This document shows, piece by piece, positions 19,288-27,640 of a DNA stretch of 64,000 nt. Positions within the stretch are counted from its first letter, which is position 1; every line of letters starts with the position of its first letter. Source of the stretch: Pseudomonadota bacterium (GTDB taxonomy: Bacteria; Bdellovibrionota_B; Oligoflexia; Oligoflexales; CAIMVM01); the NCBI GenBank assembly GCA_037142195.1, contig JBAXBA010000009.1, positions 1-64,000 on the forward strand, written 5' to 3'. The notes beneath the pieces are model-generated. The model made no database searches. It was not told where the DNA came from and saw only the letters and a program-made list of their open reading frames with translations. Position numbers and translations under genes: made by a program.

Positions 19288-21027
19288 ATGAGTATAGAAC
19301 TACAAAAACTACTTGCGCAAGAGCTTGGTGTCGAGCAAGAGACCATAAAGACTGCCATTGAAAAATCTCAAAAAGATGGTCTTCTTCTACATTCGGTAAT
19401 TGAGAACCTAAAAGTCACAACAAATGCCAAAATACTGGACGCCTTTGCTAGTATATATGGCGTAAATAAAATACACCTTGAAACCGCTGACATTTCCCCA
19501 GATATAGTTAAACTATTGCCAAAAAAATTGGCTGAAGACTATAAAGTAATCCCCATAGACCGAGCCGGAAACAACCTGATGGTGGCGATGGCCAACCCTA
19601 AGGATATTAAGGCTAATGAACAAATAAGATTTCAAACAGGCTATTATGCTAAGCCAGTATTTGCCTTAGAATCCGATATTAAATACGCTCTCCAAAAGTA
19701 CTACGCATCCGTAAAAATCGAAATGCAAGCGGCTCCACGAAATGAATCCACGCCAAACTCGCAAACTGCACAAGACATTACCACTGAAAAAGCAGTCGCC
19801 AGTGATCGAGTGATTATCACCGATAAAAAAACCGATGACCGAATTGTAAACCTCGTATCTGAAATCTTAATTCAATGTATATCCCGTAAAGCTTCTGATA
19901 TTCACATTGAACCCTATGAAGAATTTATGAGGATACGGTTGCGTATTGATGGAATTTTGATAGAAGTTTCTAAATTACAGAAACACTATAAAGACAAAAT
20001 TACAGCTAGAATCAAGATTTTGGCAAAAATGAAAATTGATGAAAGCCGGCTGCCTCAAGACGGAGCTATTCAAATCCATTATGGCGGCAAAGATATTGAC
20101 TTTCGAGTCAACAGCCTTCCGTGTCTATATGGCGAAAAGATTGTTCTCCGAATCCTAGACAAATCTAGCCTTGAAGTGGACATGGAAAAACTCGGATTTG
20201 AACCCGAGCAATTAAAAAACTTTAAAGACAATATCTATAGGCCCAATGGCATGGTCTTGGTTACTGGACCAACGGGTTCTGGAAAGACAACCACGCTTTA
20301 CTCGGCGATTCAGGAACTCAATGACGAAGAAACCAATATTATGACAGCGGAAGATCCTGTTGAATTTGCCCTACCAGGTGTGAATCAGGTAAACATGAAA
20401 CCTGCTATTGGGCTGAATTTTGCTAGCGCTCTAAAAGCCTTTTTGCGACAAGATCCAGATGTCATATTGGTGGGGGAAATTCGTGACCGGGAAACTGCAG
20501 AAATTGCCGTAAAAGCTGCTTTAACTGGCCATATGGTTCTTTCCACTCTTCACACAAACAGTGCTGTTGATACGATAGCTCGACTGATTAACATGGAAAT
20601 TGAGCCTTTTAACCTCGTTGCTTCTTTGAATTGTATAGTCGCCCAAAGACTTATGCGAAAGATTTGCGAAAACTGCCGCGAAGTGGATCTGGAAGGTACC
20701 CCTGAGCGCCTAATCTCAATAGGCGTTCCGGAGTCCTGGGCTCATCAATACAAAGCATACAAAGGCAAGGGCTGCCCTTCTTGCAGCAACACTGGCATGA
20801 AAGGCCGTGTCGCAGTCCATGAAGTCTTGGTTTTAAATGATGACATCAAGAAATGTATCATTAGAAACTCCTCCTCGATCGAACTAAAAGCCGTTGCGAT
20901 TCGCTCAGGAATGGTCAGCCTGCGCCAGTCAGGCATCATTAAACTTCTCAAGGGTACCTCGCCAATTTCTGAAGTCATCCGAGTTACCGACTCAGACTCG
21001 GCACAGGAGCAACAAAATGCTGCTTAA
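19288..21027 (+). CDS. pilB: Type IV pilus assembly ATPase
   Basis: ASDIHIEP, RLPQDG, GPTGSGKTTTLY, EDPVE, LRQDPDVILVGEIRD, tetracysteine motif. Confidence 0.95.
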   Translation: MSIELQKLLAQELGVEQETIKTAIEKSQKDGLLLHSVIENLKVTTNAKILDAFASIYGVNKIHLETADISPDIVKLLPKKLAEDYKVIPIDRAGNNLMVAMANPKDIKANEQIRFQTGYYAKPVFALESDIKYALQKYYASVKIEMQAAPRNESTPNSQTAQDITTEKAVASDRVIITDKKTDDRIVNLVSEILIQCISRKASDIHIEPYEEFMRIRLRIDGILIEVSKLQKHYKDKITARIKILAKMKIDESRLPQDGAIQIHYGGKDIDFRVNSLPCLYGEKIVLRILDKSSLEVDMEKLGFEPEQLKNFKDNIYRPNGMVLVTGPTGSGKTTTLYSAIQELNDEETNIMTAEDPVEFALPGVNQVNMKPAIGLNFASALKAFLRQDPDVILVGEIRDRETAEIAVKAALTGHMVLSTLHTNSAVDTIARLINMEIEPFNLVASLNCIVAQRLMRKICENCREVDLEGTPERLISIGVPESWAHQYKAYKGKGCPSCSNTGMKGRVAVHEVLVLNDDIKKCIIRNSSSIELKAVAIRSGMVSLRQSGIIKLLKGTSPISEVIRVTDSDSAQEQQNAA

Positions 21028-21042
21028 AGACAGGAATATCTT

Positions 21043-22149
21043 ATGGCTGAGTTAGGTTATGCTTTACCCCAACTTTTAAAAGCACTATTGGATGAAAAAG
21101 GATCAGATCTTCATATTTCACCTGGAAGTCCGCCGAGATTTCGTGTGAACGGAAGCCTGATTCCTCTTAACCTAACATCCATGACTGCCAGTGATACAAA
21201 GGGCCTCATATATTCCGTTTTAACAGAAAAGCAAAAAAAGCTCTTTGAGGAGCGTATGGAGCTTGATTTTGCTTTGAGCCTCAAAGGAGTTGCGAGATTT
21301 CGGGTAAATATATATACCCAAAAAGCAGCGGTTAGCGCAGTCTTTCGACTCATTTCAACTCAAATACCTTCCCTAGTTTCTTTAAATCTTCCCAAAAAAG
21401 TAGTGGAGCTTATTAAAGCTCCGCGCGGTCTATTTCTTGTGTGCGGGCCGACAGGTTCTGGAAAAACCACGTCACTGGCAGCTATGATTGATTATATTAA
21501 CGAGACACGTAATTCACATATATTGACCATCGAAGATCCCGTTGAATATGTACACAATCACAAGAACTGCTTGGTGAATCAAAGAGAAGTCGGATCGGAC
21601 ACTCATAGCTTTAGTTCAGCCCTTAGAAGCGCTCTTCGCGAAGATCCAGATATTATTCTTGTAGGTGAAATGCGAGACCCTGAAACTATTGCCTTAGCCA
21701 TTACTGCAGCAGAGACAGGCCACCTTGTTTTTGGTACACTTCATACAAATAGTTGTGTTGGCGCACTTAATCGCATCATTGATGTCTTTCCTCCCTACCA
21801 GCAATCTCAAGTCAGAACACAATTGTCGTTCTCTTTGGTGGCCGTAATGACCCAGCAACTTATATCCTCGTCTAAAGGAGGGCGGGTTCTCGCAACAGAA
21901 CTTTTGATCCCAAATATTGCGATCAGATCCAATATTAGAGAAGATAAATTGCAGGCCATCTATTCGAGTATGCAATCGGGCCAAGAACAAACTGGCATGA
22001 GCACATTAAACCAGTCCCTAGTCGAGCTCGTAAAGAAGAAGCATATCACTGCAGAACAAGCTTTTGAGACATGCTACGAAAGAAATGAATTGGAAGATCT
22101 CATCAGTAAAATGCTCATGTCGAGTGCCGGTACTGGAACAAGAAAGTAA
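21043..22149 (+). CDS. pilT: Type IV pilus retraction ATPase
   Basis: SDLHI, RFRVNIY, GPTGSGKTTSLAAMIDYIN, LREDPDIILVGEMRD, AIRSNIRE. Confidence 0.95.
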   Translation: MAELGYALPQLLKALLDEKGSDLHISPGSPPRFRVNGSLIPLNLTSMTASDTKGLIYSVLTEKQKKLFEERMELDFALSLKGVARFRVNIYTQKAAVSAVFRLISTQIPSLVSLNLPKKVVELIKAPRGLFLVCGPTGSGKTTSLAAMIDYINETRNSHILTIEDPVEYVHNHKNCLVNQREVGSDTHSFSSALRSALREDPDIILVGEMRDPETIALAITAAETGHLVFGTLHTNSCVGALNRIIDVFPPYQQSQVRTQLSFSLVAVMTQQLISSSKGGRVLATELLIPNIAIRSNIREDKLQAIYSSMQSGQEQTGMSTLNQSLVELVKKKHITAEQAFETCYERNELEDLISKMLMSSAGTGTRK

Positions 22150-22170
22150 CACTTTTTTTTGGAGAAAATT

Positions 22171-23454
22171 GTGGCTAAGTACACTTTCAAAGCATTAAAT
22201 GCTGCTGGCAAAAAAATAGAGGGCTCCCTTGAGGCTAAAGATCGTGATGCTCTAAAGAATAAAATTCGTGGGATGAAACTTCACCTTATCTCCGCACAGA
22301 TGGCGATTGACGCAAAGGATTCTGACGTTTCGGAAGGGGAGACGCCGGTTTTTGGCAAGGCACTAATGCGGTGGATCTATCGTGACAGCAACGGAAACGT
22401 TCAACTCTCCCTCGGAAGCGGAGCCCCAACTAATAAAGACCTAATAATCTTTACTAAGCAATTTGCGACCATGCTCCAATCTGGTGTAACTCTAAATAAT
22501 TCGTTAAAACTTCTCGCTGGACAACAACAAAACCGCGAATTTAAAAAGACCATTTACGCTCTGCGAAATGCTATCGAGGGAGGATCGAAGTTGTCAGATG
22601 CTATGACAAATCATCCTGATATATTTGATGTCCTATATTCTTCAATGATTCGAGCGGGGGAAGCCTCGGGTGGTTTGGATCGCATTTTAGTTCAACTTTG
22701 TGGCTATATCGAACGCAGCGCTAAAATTAAAACTCAAATTAAAAAAGCTATGACTTATCCGACTATGGTAATCGTAGTGGCGTTTGGTGTAATTACGGGC
22801 CTTTTGACCTTTGTAGTACCAGCCATGGCCACAAATTTTAAAGATAGTGGCCAAGAGCTTCCTGCTCTGACAGCGGCGGTGCTCAATTTGTCAGATCAAG
22901 TCATAAACAACTGGGTGACCTTGGTTCTCTTTGTAGTCGCTTTAGGAATCGGATTTCGCGTCTGGAAGAATACGGAGAAAGGAAAATTCCAGTTCGATGT
23001 AATTTCTCTGAAAATGCCTGTAATTGGAACTGTCATTAAGAAAATTGCAGTCGGAAGGTTCTGCAATACGATGGCTTCAATGCTTGGTTCTGGTGTCAAC
23101 CTACTTGAAGCTCTTACCATTTGCGCAGCGTCATCAGGAAACTTGAGCCTTGAAGTATTCATCTTAGGGATACGAGAAAGTATAGAAAAGGGCGGTAAAT
23201 TTTCGGAGCCTTTAAGAAAAGGGGGTATTTTTCCAGAAATGGTGGTCAGCATGATTATGGTTGGTGAAGAGACCGGTAAAATTGATGATATGCTATCAAA
23301 GATAGCTGTATTTTATGAAGAAGAAGTAGAACTTGCCGTCGGCGCTATGCTTTCCCTTATTGAACCCATTTTGCTGGTTGGAATAGGCGGAATCGTCGCA
23401 GTAATATTACTTGCTATGTATCTACCCATGTTTGCGATGGCTGGAAACGCCTAA
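22171..23454 (+). CDS. pilC: Type IV pilus platform protein
   Basis: FTKQFATML, AGEASGGL, AMTYP, VGEETGKID, LIEP, MYLPMF; GTG start with GGAG RBS. Confidence 0.93.
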   Translation: MAKYTFKALNAAGKKIEGSLEAKDRDALKNKIRGMKLHLISAQMAIDAKDSDVSEGETPVFGKALMRWIYRDSNGNVQLSLGSGAPTNKDLIIFTKQFATMLQSGVTLNNSLKLLAGQQQNREFKKTIYALRNAIEGGSKLSDAMTNHPDIFDVLYSSMIRAGEASGGLDRILVQLCGYIERSAKIKTQIKKAMTYPTMVIVVAFGVITGLLTFVVPAMATNFKDSGQELPALTAAVLNLSDQVINNWVTLVLFVVALGIGFRVWKNTEKGKFQFDVISLKMPVIGTVIKKIAVGRFCNTMASMLGSGVNLLEALTICAASSGNLSLEVFILGIRESIEKGGKFSEPLRKGGIFPEMVVSMIMVGEETGKIDDMLSKIAVFYEEEVELAVGAMLSLIEPILLVGIGGIVAVILLAMYLPMFAMAGNA

Positions 23455-23494
23455 TGAAACAAATAGAAATCTCTTTGTTTCATGACAATCTGCC

Positions 23495-24184
23495 ATGAAG
23501 GGGAAGAAATCACTCTTCTTTATCCTTATGGCCTTGATGCTAGCATTTATATACGCCTATATTCGCCTTGATCTTGCGCGGTTTTTAGATATTGGTTTTT
23601 TAAAAGAACGCCAAAATGTGCTCATAAGTGTTGTCTCACTTCACCCCGTTGCCTCCTTGGTTTGCTATGTTTTAATTTACATCCTAGTCACCGGCTTTTC
23701 TCTGCCAGGGGCAACAATTCTTACCTTAGCAGGTGGATCGATATTCGGACTTCTAGAGGCTACTATTTTGGTATCGATTGCTAGTACAGTAGGCGCCAGT
23801 CTAGCGTTTCTAAGCTCAAGATATTTGCTTCGAGATGAAATGAACCGTAGGTTTAGTTCCCAAATGTCGACGATAAATTCTGGGATCGAAAAAGAAGGAA
23901 ATTTTTTTCTTTTTGCATTGCGACTGACCCCTCTGCTACCTTTTTTTGTAATTAATTTAACAATGGGACTCACTAGTATTCCCTTGCGCTCGTTTTTCAT
24001 CATCAGCCAGCTCGGCATGCTACCTGGAACGATTCTATACGTTAATGCCGGGGTAGAGCTTGGCTCTATTACCTCGATTGACTCCATTGCCTCCCCTGGC
24101 CTGATCATTTCTTTTGCAGCAATTGGCTTTTTTCCTTTACTTGCAAAGAAAATAATCAATTTTTTGCGATTACGACGTCAGTAA
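23495..24184 (+). CDS. TVP38/TMEM64 (DedA/VTT) family membrane protein
   Basis: SLPGATILTLAGG, LRLTPLLPFFVIN, SQLGMLPGT. Confidence 0.9.
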   Translation: MKGKKSLFFILMALMLAFIYAYIRLDLARFLDIGFLKERQNVLISVVSLHPVASLVCYVLIYILVTGFSLPGATILTLAGGSIFGLLEATILVSIASTVGASLAFLSSRYLLRDEMNRRFSSQMSTINSGIEKEGNFFLFALRLTPLLPFFVINLTMGLTSIPLRSFFIISQLGMLPGTILYVNAGVELGSITSIDSIASPGLIISFAAIGFFPLLAKKIINFLRLRRQ

Positions 24185-24206
24185 TTTGAAAATCACGACT
24201 TATAGC

Positions 24207-24235
24207 TTGACTCGACATCTGGGAATCTGTAAAAA
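24207..24235 (+). promoter_or_regulatory. sigma70-type promoter for tRNA-Phe-secG-tRNA-Leu
   Basis: TTGACT-N17-TAAAAA ending 15 bp before the tRNA. Confidence 0.5.
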
Positions 24236-24250
24236 CTTGCGTCGTGGTAA

Positions 24251-24326
24251 GGCGTCTTAGCTCAGTCGGTAGAGCAATGGATTGAAAATCCATGTGTCCC
24301 CAGTTCAATTCTGGGAGACGCCACCA
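24251..24326 (+). tRNA. tRNA-Phe(GAA)
   Basis: GGCGTCT acceptor stem, AGCTCAGTCGGTAGAGC D-arm, ATGGA-TTGAAAA-TCCAT anticodon arm, CCA end. Confidence 0.96.
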
Positions 24327-24396
24327 CGTAACTAGCTTACAATCCGCACTAAGCAAATATTTCGTAATGCGGTCACTGAAGTAAAGGTCTAATTTA

Positions 24397-24819
24397 ATGG
24401 AAACATTTGTAACAAGCATTCATTTGCTAGTAGCGGTTTTTATGATTTTAGTCGTCTTAATTCAGGGCGGGAATCAAGGTGGAATTTCTGCGGCCTTTGG
24501 CGGTGGAAATAGTCAAGGTTTCTTTGGCGCTAGTGGCGCAACAACACTCCTAGGAAAACTTACATATATAGCCGCTGGCATATTTATGGTGACTTCACTC
24601 TGGCTCACTGTCCTCAAAGGCAACGTGGGCAATGTGGGCCTTTCTGAGAAGCTGAAGACGACCACATCACAGCCTGTAACAGCACCAGCAACTACGGAAG
24701 CGAAGCCCATAGAAAATGCCGCTGCACCTAAAGCAGCTGCAGGATCTGAACCTGCTAAAGAGATGCCCTCAACTACAGCTCCAGGTAATAGCACAGAAGC
24801 TACTCCTGCCGCTAAGTAG
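24397..24819 (+). CDS. secG: Preprotein translocase subunit SecG with Ala/Pro/Thr-rich tail
   Basis: ILVVLIQGG ... AFGGG ... FGASGA ... L-K-L-T; followed by tRNA-Leu(GAG), the familiar secG-leuU arrangement. Confidence 0.93.
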   Translation: METFVTSIHLLVAVFMILVVLIQGGNQGGISAAFGGGNSQGFFGASGATTLLGKLTYIAAGIFMVTSLWLTVLKGNVGNVGLSEKLKTTTSQPVTAPATTEAKPIENAAAPKAAAGSEPAKEMPSTTAPGNSTEATPAAK

Positions 24820-24840
24820 ATTCCCTAGAATATTTTGAAT

Positions 24841-24925
24841 GCGCTGGTGGTGGAATTGGTAGACACGTACGCTTGAGGGGCGTATGCCGCAAGGTGTGGG
24901 GGTTCGAGTCCCCCCCCGCGCACCA
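24841..24925 (+). tRNA. tRNA-Leu(GAG)
   Basis: GGTGGAATTGGTAGACAC D-arm, TACGC-TTGAGGG-GCGTA anticodon arm, long variable arm, GGTTCGAGTCC, CCA. Confidence 0.95.
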
Positions 24926-25058
24926 CTAAATAATGTCCTTTCTTTCACTAATTAACTTTCATTTCTTATAACTTCGCACTAGTGACAAATATCGGCCTAT
25001 CGTTGCAAAATTGTTTGACAAGTAAGAGTAGCTGAAAAGAATTTCCATGAATCCGGCC

Positions 25059-25649
25059 TTACAATATTTTCAAACAGTCTTTAATTTCTAAATCTGGCTT
25101 TATTTCCCCAACGCGATATCTCAACATTTTTCTTCTAAGTTCTTTTTGATAGAAGGTTAGGTGGACCAAAACTCCAAAGGCGTCATTGACTTCAAGTGAC
25201 GTAATCACAAAACCAGCCATCAATTTGGGAATTATAACAGAATTATTGGTAGCAGAATGCCTGCTGTAAACTTTTTGAAATCCTTTTTCCTGTAAAATAC
25301 CTAGAGCTGACTTTAACATAAACGTATAAAGGCCTTTTCTTCGGTGCTCTGGGAGTACTGCTGAGTTTCTCATATAGAAGGACTCCGTGGTTTCTTGGTT
25401 TCCAGAACACCAAGCGACAAATTCGCCTTTGTAATAGATGGCCAAATTGAGTGAATAGAGACTCGCAAGTCCTAGGCGTAGCAAATCAGTTTTGCTCTTT
25501 TCTTCTTGGCTTAAAAATTGATGAGCACGAAAGATTTGACTATTTTCGTCAAAGATCATGGGCGCATGGTGATTCCAAAGTGGCTGAAACTCTTGAGAAG
25601 TCAGTTCTACACATTCATAACCGTCGGGTAATTTAACTTGCAATTCCAT
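25059..25649 (-). CDS. GNAT family N-acetyltransferase
   Basis: Motif A SAVLPEHRRKGLY; N...K..AGF motif B. Confidence 0.85.
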   Translation of the reverse strand: MELQVKLPDGYECVELTSQEFQPLWNHHAPMIFDENSQIFRAHQFLSQEEKSKTDLLRLGLASLYSLNLAIYYKGEFVAWCSGNQETTESFYMRNSAVLPEHRRKGLYTFMLKSALGILQEKGFQKVYSRHSATNNSVIIPKLMAGFVITSLEVNDAFGVLVHLTFYQKELRRKMLRYRVGEIKPDLEIKDCLKIL

Positions 25650-26038
25650 AATTCAGTCCATAATCAAATAAATAAAGCAATTTGCCGGAAAGCCCCAACT
25701 CCAACATCCTTGGGCGGCCCATCGGCAAGTATGTAGCTCACTTGATTTTTTTATGTCAACCCCTATTTGCGCACCCTCGAATTTAAAACTAGGAAGCTCC
25801 AATTGGCGTTAAGGTCTGTGAAGTCTTACTTTTAAGTCAAAATTGAGTTGTTTTCTCGAGAGTGCTTAGAGCTTTTCACCCAGTTTTGCTAACAAAGAAA
25901 ATAGAGCCCATTTGTTGTTTTTTCTAGCCCACTCTATTTTGTAAGGCGTTATGCTTCTTTCGAACTAACATCCTTTACTGATTTCGAATTGATTTTTGGC
26001 CAAAGTCGAGAACAGTTGAGCGAAAATACACCTAAAAT

Positions 26039-26069
26039 CAAATTAAACTTCAAATTAAACTTCAAATTA
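26039..26069 (+). repeat. Short tandem repeat CAAATTAAACTT x2.5
   Basis: Read directly: caaattaaactt caaattaaactt caaatta. Confidence 0.8.
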
Positions 26070-26109
26070 CACGCCACAATTGTATATCAATAGATCCAAA
26101 ATCCCTTTA

Positions 26110-26135
26110 TTTGACTTAGAGGTTTGACTTAGAGG
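26110..26135 (+). repeat. Tandem duplication TTTGACTTAGAGG x2
   Basis: Read directly from sequence. Confidence 0.8.
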
Positions 26136-26257
26136 TCATCTTTCTATTGAATGCCAGCCTGGCAATGCAACATGCCTAAATTATAGAATTAAATAGGTTC
26201 AAAAAAGCCCTTTCATTTTTTTTGTCCTCCGTCCGATAGACTTGTGGGAGGATAGTT

Positions 26258-27340
26258 ATGCTAACTGTCAACAGGGTGCTCTCAAAGGAATTTGCAATAA
26301 TATTGCCTTGTATTATTTTTTCTACTCTTTGCTGTTCTAAAGGAACCTTTCAGTCTGGTCAAAATAAACAAGATAAGAAAATTAATCCCTATTCGGGATC
26401 CGACACAGAAACTAAGCCCTCGGAAATATCTGGCGCGTGGCTTGTTATGTGTAGATCCACCAAAATGTCCGACGGAGTCTTTAAATTACAATGCCGGGTT
26501 GATGATAAAGGCGGTGTAAAATATCAGAATAAACTCAGTATCAAAATTGGCCTGCCAGATGGCTCCGCCGTTGATCCTACCTCTATTCAAACTCTACCTG
26601 GTGGGGACTACTTCTCATTCGAAGCCACGATCAATTCTCAAGGACCAATCACCATAGAAGTGAGCTCTAGCGCAGGAACTTTAATGGCGGAAAAGAAAAT
26701 GCCACTCATGCTCACTCAAGATCTTTCTGGGCTCTTGGTGGGCGTCTGTGGCTATACTGGTGCTAATGGTCCAAAAGTGTGCGATCAGTTTAAGGCTGGG
26801 CCTTTTATAGATAATTCGCCTAGTCTTTGTCCAACTGGTTACCTGTGGACACACACAGCATCGCGCTTTCAAGGAGAAATTGGAAGCGGAAAGACTGAGA
26901 ATTGGTCTGGAACCTGCGTCCTTGGCGACGCCTCAGTAGACCCTAATTTACTTGCTGAAATGAAGAATTCACCAAAGGACTATGCTGTCAAAGGGGCTGC
27001 TTATGGATTTTCTTTTAATACCGATGGGAATTGCGATAGCAGTACCAATATCTTTCCTATGGGTGGTGCGCAGTGCTCATGTCCAGATGGATTCGTAAAA
27101 ACACAAATTTCCGCTCATGTTCAATCCTATGATAAAGGCAGATCTTATACTTGCGTAGCATCCTCTACGGGCCCTAAAGCCTCACCATTGCAAAAATTTG
27201 CTATAACCGAACTTAAAGACTACCCTTTCCAAGATCATTCAAAAGATATGACTCGTTGTAAACAGGGATCGTGGGCCCCAATTTCTGCTAGAGCCAACGG
27301 TCTAAACGATCAGTGGCGAAGTGTTTGCCTTGCGGAGTAA
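26258..27340 (+). CDS. Exported Cys-rich protein (possible lipoprotein) with C-P-x-G modules
   Basis: GGAGG RBS; hydrophobic leader ending TLCC; 15 Cys; modules CPTGY...GTCV, CSCPDGF...YTCV, CKQG...SVCL. Confidence 0.8.
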   Translation: MLTVNRVLSKEFAIILPCIIFSTLCCSKGTFQSGQNKQDKKINPYSGSDTETKPSEISGAWLVMCRSTKMSDGVFKLQCRVDDKGGVKYQNKLSIKIGLPDGSAVDPTSIQTLPGGDYFSFEATINSQGPITIEVSSSAGTLMAEKKMPLMLTQDLSGLLVGVCGYTGANGPKVCDQFKAGPFIDNSPSLCPTGYLWTHTASRFQGEIGSGKTENWSGTCVLGDASVDPNLLAEMKNSPKDYAVKGAAYGFSFNTDGNCDSSTNIFPMGGAQCSCPDGFVKTQISAHVQSYDKGRSYTCVASSTGPKASPLQKFAITELKDYPFQDHSKDMTRCKQGSWAPISARANGLNDQWRSVCLAE

Positions 27341-27640
27341 CTTTAAGGCGATGTCAAGACACTTGTGAGCTGATATTGCAGGCTCTTAATTCAGATTTGG
27401 CGCGAGTTTTTGGCCAAATGGCTGGGATTGTTAAGACGACAAGAAGATTTAAGCGGAGGCTGACTCAAGCTCAAAACCGCTGTTAGGCTGTATAAATCAC
27501 CGTATTCGTTCAAAAAAAATAGGCAACCATGCATAAATTACATGGGGGTCTCAAAAAAAATCATTTTATCAATCTTGTTCGAATTCCTAGTTCTTAATAG
27601 ATAGTCCGAAGCGGAATATACCGCGAAGGAGTATTTATAG

